Shown: positions 26,168 through 38,930 of the stretch, in pieces
Position numbering within the stretch: position 1 is the first letter of the stretch
Layout of the letters: each line of letters starts with the position of its first letter
NCBI GenBank assembly: GCA_964016885.1
Contig: OZ024747.1
Location: forward strand, 49,662,001-49,726,000
DNA: 64,000 bases
Source: Eledone cirrhosa
Lineage: Eukaryota
Reading direction: 5' to 3'
The notes under the pieces: model-generated
What the model was told of the DNA's origin: nothing
What the model saw: the letters and a program-made list of their open reading frames with translations, nothing else
Databases searched by the model: none
Program-made: the position numbers and the translations under genes

Positions 26168-27097
26168 GAAAACCTGGGACGACTTGATAAATTCCGACCT
26201 CACACACTTACACCTCTCCAAGACAATGTCACTGGACCGAGATCTTTGGTGCTACGCAGTAATACAGAAGACCCGCCTTGCCTAAGTACAAAGCAAAACC
26301 TACAGTCAGTAGGCACCTCTTAATCAAATATACACCCCCGTCCCACTACCCCTACCCCAACCGCCATCTACACCACCCCTTTCGATGTAAAGTTATGTTG
26401 GTACCACAACATCCAGTCCTAAATAAATGAGGTCGTGTAGGTGTCACGACAAAAAAAACACACAGTCCACGCTGTAATGTGGCCGTGTAGGTAACACGGT
26501 AAAAACCTCCCAGTCCACACTGTAAACGTGGTTGGTGTTAGGATGAGCATCCAGCCGTAGAAAACCCGCCAGGCAGTCCTATGCGAGCAAGACAACCAAT
26601 CTTGCCTCAAGTGGGAAAATTCCCGTCCAGACCCATGCTAGCATGGAAGGTAGACGTTAAACGATGATGATGATGATGATGATGATATATATATGTTGGT
26701 CCCACAACATCCAGGCCGAAACAAATGAGATCGTGTAGGTGTCACGACAAAAAAACACACAGTCCACGCTGTAAATGTTGCCGTGTAGGCAACACGGTAA
26801 AAACCTCCCAGCCCCACCCTGTAAATGTGGTTGGTGTTAGGAAGGGCATCCAGCTGTAGAAAACCCGCCAGACAGTCCATGCTGTAATGTGGCCGTGTAG
26901 GCAACACGGTAAAAACCTCCCAGCCCCACACTGTAAATGTGGTTGGTGTTAGGAAGGGCATCCAGCTGTAGAAAACCCACCAGACAGTCCTATGCGAGCA
27001 AGACAACCACTCTTGCATCAAGTGGGAAAACCCCCGTCCAAACCCATGCAAGCGTGGAACACGGACGCTAAACCTGATGATGATGATGATGATGATG
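26168..27097 (+). mobile_element. RTE 3' end and tandem tail modules
   Basis: [17 protein letters not shown] homologous to 52170-52670, followed by two tail units ending in (GAT)n. Confidence 0.85.
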
Positions 27098-27459
27098 AAT
27101 AGTAAAAAAGTAAAGAAAACAGTAGAAAATGCTAAAGGGATTATCCTTCCCAGAATAACAGAATAGCATTTATTTACAAAATAGGAATTTCCGCATTATT
27201 TGTACCAGTTAGGCTTCTTCATGTGATGGAAGTGTATAATTCAATTAAATTGCATAACAAGAACAATAAGAATATGGGGAAACATTTTTTTTACATACAT
27301 ATATATATAGAGAAAAGTTCACATTTTTATCTGTAGTTTTCTTTATTTCTCTCTTGGTGTTGACCTTAGCCGTGTCACCATTAATAGTGGCAATAGCAGG
27401 GAAGAATCAGAGTATATATATATATATATATATATATTACATTTTTTTATATTGAGACT

Positions 27460-27745
27460 GGATTACTAATGTAGAGGTGCTGAAAGAAGTAAACAGAAGC
27501 TACTGGCTAACACTATCGTTGAAACTGGCTGGACGCATTCTGCGCATATCTGAGTACTGGAATCCCAGTCGGTGACATGCAGAAGGGAGACCCAAGAAAA
27601 CCTGGTGCTCGACTTTCAAAGACAATCTCCACAGGATTGGATTGGACTCGGAAACTACGCAAGATGCCGCAGCTGATCTTATAAATTGGAGAAGACACTT
27701 TGCCCAATATGCCTCAGGGCATAGGAGCACCTAAAACTAAGATAT
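27460..27745 (+). mobile_element. RTE-like 3' fragment
   Basis: LAGRILR, GRPKKTW, AADLINWR motifs. Confidence 0.7.
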
Positions 27746-28689
27746 ATATATATATATATCTATTATTTGATGTCTGTTTTCCCTGCTATAAAGGAGGGTC
27801 TCTACAAACCGAGTCAGTACTCAAGCTGGGCTATTGATCTCGCAGACAGGCTGGGGGTTCGCATCTTGCTTATATGTGGTCCCACACTCTTCTGAGTACA
27901 TTTTATCATAACACAAGCACTAGAGAGGTTGTCATGTCTTTGACATGATTGAAGGATCCTCCGAACTTCTTGTTTGGCTAATTTCCTATGCCTGGATGCC
28001 CTTCCTATCACCAACCACTTTACAGTGTGTACCAGGTGCATCTATCATGTAGATCCCCAACACTAGAGAGATTTTTGTATTGTCAACACAACTGAATGGT
28101 CCTCTTTACCCTTTTGGCATGGTTTCTACAGTGGGATGCCCTTCCTATTGCCAATCATTTTATAGGGTGTACTGGGTGCATTTTCGTGGAACCAGCACTG
28201 GAGAAGTTGTTTTAACTGAAGAGTTCTCTGTGATTTACAGGGCTGGAGTGGGGGAAGAGTAGGAAGATAAATATGTTTATTTGTGTATGGGGTGATGAGT
28301 AGGTGAGAAGGAGTAACTTACAATAGGTATAGGGGTGGGGACATGTAGAGATGGTGAGAATACCCAAGTGGCAATAGTGGTGGAGGCGTGGATGGTGTGG
28401 TCAATAGAGTGGAAGGAGGATACACAAGTGAGTCCAGATTTTGAGGGAGTGTAGTGATGTAGAGAATAGCTAGGGAGTAGTAGCAGGGGAATCATGGGTG
28501 AGGTAGGGGTGCACAGGTGTGGAGAGAGTAGCTACTAGGGTGTGATAATGAGGGTATCAAATGACTTTAGAAGGGGGATATAGCTAATGATTGGAAGTAG
28601 AGAGGTAATGGATGGATGGTGAGGGCAGCTACTAAGGAGTGCTATTGGAAGTGGGGGGCAAGGGGATGGGTCAGGTCACATTTTTATGC

Positions 28690-29520
28690 TGGCAAATGGG
28701 TCTTCACCAGCACAACATAACACCAACCCTTGTGGTCCTTTGTCATCTTTGCTGTGAGCTGTAGCTTCTTAAGGTATTCACTACTTTATCCCAAGTCTTC
28801 CTGGATCTGCCTCTTCCATGGGTCCCACCTACTGAGATGTCTCTGCATGTCTTAATGCAGCTGCCATCTTTCATAATTTTCACATGTCCATACCAATGCA
28901 GTTTTCTCTCTTGTACACTACATCCAATTCCTCTTCGGCCAAGTTTTCCTTTCAGTTCACTTATGCTATGTTGTTCATGCACACCAACATTACACATGCA
29001 TTGGAGTATTCATTTCTTTGACTGCCATGTAGCATTGCAGTTTGCATGCAGTCATTGTAGTAGTCTACTCTAAACTCTGAGAAAGAGAAGCCCTTCATTG
29101 TCAGCAGAGGCACCAGCCCCCTAAACTTCTGTCAGCCTGTTCTGGTCCTGACTATCACACATTCAGAGATTCCTCTTCCACTGTTGATTAGGTCACCTAG
29201 GTAATGGAAACTATCAATAACTTCTAAGAAGCCTCCTTTGTAACTGAGGGTATCTATTTCACATGTGCTCTTAGTGCTTACGTCTTCTGTGCATCTTCTC
29301 TGTAATACTGCCTGCAACCTCACTACATCTATTGTGTGTCCATAGATTATTCTGTGTGCATCTTATAGAATTTTTGTTCACTCCTTTCTGACATATTAAA
29401 CAAGGCTTCTTCCCTGATGGTATCAGCCTCCAGTCCTCTTTCTTATTTATTAAGACTTGCATCTTGGATAAATGCACTTTTAGACCTTTTAACTTTAAAT
29501 TTTCCTTCCAAACTTGAATA
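28690..29520 (-). mobile_element. RTE LINE 3' fragment (PHD-type family)
   Basis: PSGKKPCLICQKG..WTHNRC, DSFHYLGD, KLHWYGHV, GRGRSRKTW. Confidence 0.85.
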
Positions 29521-29897
29521 TATATATATTTGTATAAACAAAGTTATCTCGAATATTGAGTTTGAAGCGCGGGTGTATTAGAATTCATAGAATAATGAGA
29601 ACTCAACACAGGGAAGCTGTTAAAACAGCAAAATGCCATCAATGACAGCATTGGGTAAAATTTACTTCAGAGGACAGAAATCAGTAGCTAGATGTGTGTT
29701 GGCCCACAGAAGTGATAGGAAGAAAATAGACGAGAGAAGATCACAGAAACATTTATATACATTTATTGTGTTTATGTTTGTGTCTGTGTTTATGTTGTGT
29801 AACTTTGTTGATAGAGATTGATAAAATAAATAACAGACTTCAAAAAGTTAAGTAGATGGTTCTTAATTTATAAGACCTACAAAGACTGGAAAGATAT

Positions 29898-30180
29898 TAA
29901 GCTTGCATGCTCCAATGGATGTGTAATAGTAGTGTGCCTGAATGGTGAAGTGTCAATAAATTGAGAGAGAAACTGGATGTAAAAAGGATCAGCAGTAGTG
30001 TGCAATTGAGGAGATTGTAATGGTATGGACATGTGATGTGTATAGAGGATGACAGCTGTCTAAGAAAGTGTAGGGCACTCAAAGTCAAGGAAAACTACGA
30101 AAGTGGAAGACCTAGGAAAGCTTTGAATGAAATGAAAAGACGTGACTTTGCCCAATTAAACCTCACAAAGGAGATGAACC
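29898..30180 (+). mobile_element. RTE 3' fragment
   Basis: RRL*WYGHVMC..GRPRK; similar to 3300-3550. Confidence 0.75.
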
Positions 30181-30967
30181 ATGTGCACAAAATGAAATGA
30201 AACATATGTAGAGGACACACTGGTCTGCATCAATCCTCTCTACCCCCACCTTCATCCAATCTCCCCCAGCTTAATACCCCTCCCTCACCAGCTAAATATT
30301 CCACACACTTCATCCAACTTGTTCACTTGCCCCCCCCCCCCCCAAACCACCACAAAACCCCACCTCCATCCAAACCCTCACCCTGATACATCCCTTTTGC
30401 CCAACCCATACATAAAAGCATGAAAGCTGGACATGCTCTATATCTGATCTCCCACAATACTGTTGTCATGACGAAAAGCACAGAGTCCACCCTGCATGCT
30501 GATCCAGTGCCCACAACAACAAAAAGACCCAGTTCACCCCTGTACGGTGGTCATGCTGGTGACAACAACAAGAAGCACCAAGATATACACACCGCACATG
30601 TCATGTTAGCCTGTGAATGCATAATTTGTGTATTGTGTGTTGTAGTGTGTGAATATGATTTGAAATTAGGAAACAATGATTTAATTAATATGTTTATTTT
30701 AAGTAAATTATCTTGTAGTATTTAATTACAATTAAGCTTCTAACATTTTAGATGAATTGAGTCAAATTAAACTGTCAACATTAATTTTGTATTTGTAGTT
30801 GTAGCAGACTATACTTCAACCAGAGTGGAAGTATAGCACCTCCCATCACTACTCAAGCAGTAGGGAGGGGAAGGGGAAAATCATCATCATAGTCATCATC
30901 TTTATCATCATCATCATTGTCATCATCGCTATCATTGTCATCATCATCGTTATCATCATCATCATTA

Positions 30968-31160
30968 GGGCGGTGAATTGGCAGCATCAGTCGAGGGTCA
31001 GACGCCATGCTTTCACGTATAGAGTTACGGCCCTTTACGGTCTGAGTTCAAATCCCGCTGAGGTTAACTTTGCCTTTCATCCTTACGGGGGTCGATAAAA
31101 TAAAGTACCAGTAATGCACTGGGGGTAATTGCTGGCCTTGTGCCAAAAGTAGAAACAATT
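30968..31160 (+). mobile_element. tRNA-derived SINE with conserved central core and (ATT)n tail
   Basis: B-box GAGTTCAAATCC and core TTTGCCTTTCATCCTTACGGGGTCGATAAAATAAAGTACCAG. Other copies at 35710-35886(-), 40420-40592(-), 41370-41943(+, three), 47178-47372, 53357-53545, 56128-56495(+, two), 12113-12210. Confidence 0.9.
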
Positions 31161-31845
31161 ATCATCATCATCATCATTGTCATCATTGCTATCATTGTCA
31201 TCATCATTATCATCATCATCAATGTCATCATCATCATCGTCATCATCGCTATCATTGTCCTCATCATCGTCCTTATAGTCATCATCATCATCATCACCGT
31301 CATCATCAACGTCATCGTCATTGTCACCCTCCTCAACATCGTCGTCATCACCGTCATCATCATCATCAACATCATTGTCGTCATCACCGTCATCATCATC
31401 GTCGTCATCACCATCATCATCGTCATCAACATTATTGTCGTCCTCACCGTCATCATCATCATCAACATCATTGTCGTCATCACCGTCATCATCGTCATCA
31501 TTGTCATTATCATGATTGTCATGATCGTCATGATCGTCATCATCATCATCATCATCGTCATCATCATCATCATCATCACCATCATCGTCATCATCGTCAT
31601 CATCATCATCATCGTCGTCATCATCGTCATCATCGTCATCATCGTCATCATCATCATCATCATCGTCATCATCGTCATCATCATCGTCATCAACATCATC
31701 ATCATCATCACCATCATCGTCATCAACATCATCATCATCATCACCATCATCGTCATCATCGTCATCATCATCGTCATCATCGTCATCATCATCGTCATCA
31801 ACATCATCATCATCATCATCATCGTCATCATTGTCATCATCATTT
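31160..31845. repeat. Degenerate (CAT)n microsatellite
   Basis: Direct inspection. Confidence 0.97.
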
Positions 31846-32177
31846 TTATATCTGCATTTACTGTGCTGGCATGGGTTGATACAATACTTTTAAAGGTAGG
31901 TTATCTATAGCTGGATGACATTCGTGATGCTAACAGGATTTAATGTTACAACTTTCACATTATTAAATGGTATTTACAATATAGCTTAACAAAGGTTCAT
32001 ATCTAAATATCTCTTAAGTAGCAATGTCAGATTAATTCTAAAATTATAAATATTATAAACATTAGTGTGTATGTGACATCATAGATACCAGCAACCTATA
32101 CCATCTGATACAAGACAGTGTGGGACATTGTACTTTGGCATGTAGAACCCCAGCTGGCACCATACCATTGCTACCAG

Positions 32178-34706
32178 CAGGCTCCACAAAAACCTATTGT
32201 CCTATACTGTTACTCTAAAGTTTCAAGACAGGCTCCACAAAAACATATTGTCCTATACTGTTACTCTAAAGTTTCAAGACAGACTCCACAAAAACATATT
32301 GTCCTATACTGTTACTCTAAAGTTTCAAGACAGGCTCCACAAAAACATATTGTCCTATACTGTTACTCTAAAGTTTCAAGACAGACTCCACAAAAGCCTA
32401 TTGTCCTATTCTGTTACTCTAAAGTTTCAAGACAGGCTCCACAAAAACATATTGTCCTATACTGTTACTCTAAAGTTTCAAGACAGACTCCACAAAAGCC
32501 TATTGTCCTATTCTGTTACTCTAAAGTTTCAAGACAGGCTCCACAAAAACATATTGTCCTATACTGTTACTCTAAAGTTTCAAGACAGACTCCACAAAAA
32601 CATATTGTCCTATACTGTTACTCTAAAGTTTCAAGACAGGCTCCACAAAAACATATTGTCCTATACTGTTACTCTAAAGTTTCAAGACAGACTCCACAAA
32701 AACATATTGTCCTATACTGTTACTCTAAAGTTTCAAGACAGGCTCCACAAAAACATATTGTCCTATACTGTTACTCTAAAGTTTCAAGACAGACTCCACA
32801 AAAGCCTATTGTCCTATTCTGTTACTCTAAAGTTTCAAGACAGGCTCCACAAAAACATATTGTCCTATTCTGTTACTCTAAAGTTTCAAGACAGGCTCCA
32901 CAAAAACATATTGTCCTATACTCTTACTCTAAAGTTTCAAGACATACTCCACAAAAGCCTATTGTCCTATTCTGTTACTCTAAAGTTTCAAGACAGACTC
33001 CACAAAAACATTGTCCTATACTGTTACTCTAAAGTTTCAAGACAGGCTCCACAAAAACATATTGTCCTATATTGTTACTCTAAAGTTTCAAGACAGACTC
33101 CACAAAAACCTATTGTCCTATTCTGTTACTCTAAAGTTTCAAGACAGACTCCACAAAAACATATTGTCCTATTCTGTTACTCTAAAGTTTCAAGACATGC
33201 CCTATTCTGTTACTCTAAAGTTTCAAGACAGACTCCACAAAAACATATTGTCCTATATTGTTACTCTAAAGTTTCAAGACAGACTCCACAAAAACCTATT
33301 GTCCTATTCTGTTACTCTAAAGTTTCAAGACAGACTCCACAAAAACATATTGTCCTATTCTGTTACTCTAAAGTTTCAAGACATGCCCTATTCTGTTACT
33401 CTAAAGTTTCAAGACAGACTCCACAAAAACATATTGTCCTATACTGTTACTCTAAAGTTTCAAGACAGGCTCCACAAAAACATATTGTCCTATACTGTTG
33501 CTCTAAAGTTTCAAGACAGACTCCACAAAAACCTATTGTCCTATTTTGTTACTCTAAAGTTTCAAGACCGACTCCACAAAAGCCTATTGTCCTATACTGT
33601 TACTCTAAAGTTTCAAGACAGACTCCACAAAAGCCTATTGTCCTATAGTGTTACTCTAAAGTTTCAAGACAGGCTCCACAAAAGCCTATTGTCCTATACT
33701 GTTACTCTAAAGTTTCAAGACAGACTCCACAAAAACATATTGTCCTATACTGTTACTCTAAAGTTTCAAGACAGGCTCCACAAAAACATATTGCCCTATT
33801 CTGTTACTCTAAAGTTTCAAGACAGACTCCACAAAAGCCTATTGTCCTATACTGTTACTCTAAAGTTTCAAGACAGGCTCCACAAAAACATATTGTCCTA
33901 TACTGTTACTCTAAAGTTTCAAGACAGACTCCACAAAAACATATTGTCCTATACTGTTACTCTAAAGTTTCAAGACAGGCTCCACAAAAACATATTGTCC
34001 TATACTGTTACTCTAAAGTTTCAAGACAGACTCCACAAAAGCCTATTGTCCTATTCTGTTACTCTAAAGTTTCAAGACAGACTCCACAAAAGCCTATTGT
34101 CCTATTCTGTTACTCTAAAGTTTCAAGACAGGCTCCACAAAAACATATTGTCCTATTCTGTTACTCTAAAGTTTCAAGACAGGCTCCACAAAAACATATT
34201 GTCCTATACTCTTACTCTAAAGTTTCAAGACATACTCCACAAAAGCCTATTGTCCTATTCTGTTACTCTAAAGTTTCAAGACAGACTCCACAAAAACATT
34301 GTCCTATACTGTTACTCTAAAGTTTCAAGACAGGCTCCACAAAAACATATTGTCCTATACTGTTACTCTAAAGTTTCAAGACAGACTCCACAAAAACCTA
34401 TTGTCCTATTCTGTTACTCTAAGGTTTCAAGACAGACTCCACAAAAACATATTGTCCTATTCTGTTACTCTAAAGTTTCAAGACAGACTCCACAAAAGCA
34501 TATTGTCCTATACTGTTACTCTAAAGTTTCAAGACAGGCTCCACAAAAGCCTATTGTCCTATACTCTTACTCTAAAGTTTCTTAATAGACTCCACAAAAG
34601 CCTATTATCCTATACTCTTACTCTAAAGTTTTTAAATAGACTCCACAAAAGCCTATTGTCCTATACAGTTCCTATACTCTAAAATTTCAAGACAGACTCC
34701 ACAAAA
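32178..34706. repeat. 51-bp tandem satellite, ~50 copies
   Basis: Unit CAGRCTCCACAAAAACATATTGTCCTATACTGTTACTCTAAAGTTTCAAGA. Confidence 0.98.
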
Positions 34707-35108
34707 ATAAAAAGGTGAGACTATATACTCTTAATATTATTAAGAGTATATTCAATATTGTACCAACTCTACCAATTCAACTCCATACAGAGGTCAGTAT
34801 TCTATTATAAATTACTGATCCTACAACCAAGTATTCAGCACACTATTCACTTATCCAGCATTTGATCAACTGAAGATCTTAACAGAAGCCCTTACATTTT
34901 GACTTACATCTAAATAATATAGAAGCTAATAAAAAGGATGAAAGATGACCCCTCTCTCTCTCTCTCTTCCCTCACTCTCTCCCACCATGTTTCTCTCTAT
35001 ATATATTTCTATCTGCCTCTCCCACTCTCTCTCTCCTCACTCTCTTACTCTAAATATATTTCTCTCTCTCTCTCTCTCTCTCCCTCACTCATTCTGTCTC
35101 TTGCGATT

Positions 35109-35229
<121 letters not shown>

Positions 35230-38200
35230 CTTGCAAGATTAATGGCCTTGCCAATATATCTTGGCAATACTTTTTTCTTCTTATTCCATATTTGCCATTT
35301 ATTTTTCTTATTTGGTTGAGAGAGAGAGAAAGAGGGAGAAGCAGAGAGAGAGACAGGGAAAGTAAGAGAAAAAGACAGCATGAGAGAGAGAAAGAGAGAG
35401 AGACAGAGTATGTGAGAGGGAGAAACGGAGAAAGTGAGAGAGAAAGTGAGACAGAGAGATAAAATAAACTGCCTTTTCATTTTGCAGCCAAAAAAATATT
35501 GATTGGTATTGGGAGGGAGGAGGGGGGGGGGGGTAAAGATGGGAGGTGAAAAAAAAGAGGGAAAAAGGAGGTAAATGGTCATTAGAATTTAGAATTGAGA
35601 TTTTCTGAAGAAGGAATTGCATGATATGATGGCAAACAAGTATTTTTTTTACATAGAAAACATATTGTGTGATCAGTTGGTACTGCAGACTGCTATATCT
35701 CATACCTAATAATTCTTTCTACTTTTGGCACAAGGCCAGCAATTACCCAGTGCATTACTGGTACTTTATTTTATCGACCCCGTAAGGATGAAAGGCAAAG
35801 TTAACCTCGGCGGGATTTGAACTCAGACCATAAAGGGACGTAACTATGCTGGAAAGCATGGTGTCCGACCCTCTACCGATACTGCCTTATTTTGGTAAAC
35901 CTTGAGATTCTGATGTATGGGAATGAAATGGAATGGTTTTCTGTCGGTTTTGATGATGAGCATTCCAGTTTGATGAATGGGACAACCTCAGACACATGTA
36001 CACCATGTTTATCATTTTATATTAACATTCTATACTGGTATGGGTTAGAGACGAGCCATCACAGTCAAAGACTTGACTGTTGAAACAAAGACATCTTGCT
36101 CTTATGTATCATTCAAACAATTCTCAAGGAGATTCAGTATAACATAGTGTGCGACGATGCTTGCCTTTGAATTTCTGGTGTATTCCATCTAACAGGCTTC
36201 TACACAGTCTCCAACAATGTAGTTAAAAACAGTCATTTTTAAAATCAAAGGATCTTTTCATAACCTCATAATGTGGTTTGAATCAACTGCTAAAAAATGT
36301 AGGCACATGCCAACTATCCCTTTTACCTCCTGCTGCTTGGGGCTGAGTAGATCTATGATAAAAGTCTTTCAACCCTCACCACTCCATTTTTTTTAAAGAC
36401 ATATGTGTCATTTATTTTTCAAGATGGCAGCAGATGATTTGAGGGTAATTTGGCTGTTATTTTGTAGCAGGTCAAGCAACTATATAACACTTCCCTAGTT
36501 AGCCCAACTACTGCTTTGTGAGTTTCTGGTCCTGTAAAGTTATGTTGGTATCACAAAAAGCATCCAGCCTACACTGCAAAATGGTTGTGTAGGTGTCACA
36601 ACAAAAAAGCACTTGGCACACACTGTAAAAAGTGATTATGTAGGTGTCATGACAATAAGCACCCAGTATACACTGTAAATGTGGTTGACGTTAGGAAAGG
36701 CATCCAGCCATAGAAACCTAGCCAGAAACAGTCCTATATAAGCAAGACATGCTCACCTGACCCAACTTACCCTCTAATGGGACAGCCGATCTAACCCATG
36801 CTAGCATGGAAAATGGACGTTAAATGATGATGATGTAATATGTAACTATATAGATTTATATGTTTTATATGTATTAACTTTAGTATAAAGTTTTTATATA
36901 CATTTCTTAACAGCAAGTTAGTAAAGCTAATTATATATATATATATCATCATCGTTTAACGTCCATTTTCCACACTAGCATGGGCAGGATGGGCTGTCCC
37001 TCTGTGAGAGATCTGGTCGGAGGACCGTGTTTCACTCACGTAGGGCTGAATTTGGCATGGATTCTATGGCTGGATGCCCTTCCTATACCAACTACATATA
37101 TAGTGTGGACTGGGCACTTTTTGTCATGACACCAACACGAACACTTTACAGTGTGGGCTGGGGAATTTTTACAGTGTCGCCATCATGGCCAGTTTATAGT
37201 GTGGGCTGGATATATACTTTGGCTTGTCCTCATTGGAGATGTATGGGAGTGGATGGGGCATGTTATATATATGCTTCAGCTACTGCCTGTGCCCACGTGA
37301 ATTCAGGTTTCTGTATAACTGTGTATTGGCAGAGATCTCGGTCTGTGTATACAGGTGTGTAATTTGTATATAGACATGTTGTTTTTCTTAGCTCGTCCTC
37401 GTATTTTCTTATAAGTCTTCACAGTTTGTTTAGAACAACAAAAGTCTTAAATCCATAATTTGTAAGAAGAACACATAAGATATTTCATAAGATCTAACAC
37501 TAAATACATCGCATTAAGCCATACATTATCTCTAATAATATATGACAAGAATTCTAAAATAAAACACCTTCCTACTAATTACAAGCATGGAAAACCGAGA
37601 ACATCTTACGAATGATAATTTATAAATTCGATTGTAAAAATGTAAGTTGTAAACTTCATGAAGCTAGCTGCTACATTGACCATACAAGTACAATACTTTC
37701 ATAAAAGGCACACCATTGCAACAAGGAGCAATTGTAATATACTGCACCACAAAGCTGGAGAAGAAAACACTAATGGCCAATAGATCAATATTGTACAGAG
37801 TTCCCAACAAAAATTTGGTGTTCAATCATGGAAGCAGTGCCAAGATTAATGCACAAGTCATGCAACAATGTTAATCCCACAAATAGTATACACATGTCAT
37901 AAATATATGTATTATGTGGTATATGTGAACCTTCAAGTTTCAAATTCTGATAAGAAAGCCATTATAATGCTGGCAAAGAAAGAAGGAGCTGCATAAACTG
38001 TTATAAAATACATCCATCTACAATAAAAGAGGCAGTTAAAATGATGATGGGACTAGGAGAGTCTAGAAAGGTTGATTGAGGAAATTAGGAATTCCAAATG
38101 AGTTGCAAAAGACTTTATAAAAAATATGAGAAATATATAATAAAAAGTTTAAACAAAAACACAGTTGTGTCGTTAACAATACACATACACACACATATAT

Positions 38201-38411
38201 ATATCATCATCATCATGGGCAACTTTTTTTTAGCAATGGGCAGCATAGGATGTGGCTCATCATAAGATGGGTCGTACTACTAAAAACTTCAAGGCAACTT
38301 TGAAATTAGGTGTGCCATTCAGAATGACAAACGGGTCATAGTTTAGCCATGACTGGAGTAGAATGATCATATACCAGGTAGATAAGAAATAACTCCCCCA
38401 AACATAACCAA

Positions 38412-38930
38412 CCGTCTCTCGTAATAACATCAACACCAATGACTGTTAAGGACTGTCTCTTGTAATAACATCAGCACCAATGACTGTTAAGGACTGTCTC
38501 TCATAATAACATCAGCACCAATTACTGTTAAGGACTGTCTCTTGTAATAACATCAGCACCAATGACTGTTAAGGACTGTCTCTCATAATAACATCAACAC
38601 CAATGACTGTTAAGGACTGTCTCTTGTGATAACATCAACACCAATGACTGTTAAGGATGTCTCTCGTAATAACATCAGCACCAATGACTGTTAAGGACTG
38701 TCTCTTGTAATAACATCAGCACCAATGACTGTTAAGGACTGTCTCTCATAATAACATCAACACCAATGACTGTTAAGGACTGTCTCTTGTGATAACATCA
38801 ACATCAATGACTGTTAAGGACTGTCTCTTGTAATAACATCAGCACCAATGACTGTTAAGGACTGTCTCTTGTGATAACATCAACACCTATGTTTATTAAG
38901 GACTGTCTCTGATAATAATATTGGCACCAA
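38412..38930. repeat. 41-bp minisatellite, ~12 copies
   Basis: Unit TAATAACATCAGCACCAATGACTGTTAAGGACTGTCTCTTG. Confidence 0.97.

Noticed and set aside
31064-31910. Met/Ile-rich ORFs
   Set aside because: Translations of (CAT)n.
32178-34706. CRISPR array, or 300-520-aa repeat proteins
   Set aside because: Units are contiguous with no unique spacers, there are no cas genes and the context is eukaryotic. The ORFs follow from the 51-bp period and switch frame at unit indels.
38412-38930. CRISPR-like repeat
   Set aside because: Head-to-tail 41-bp minisatellite without spacers.
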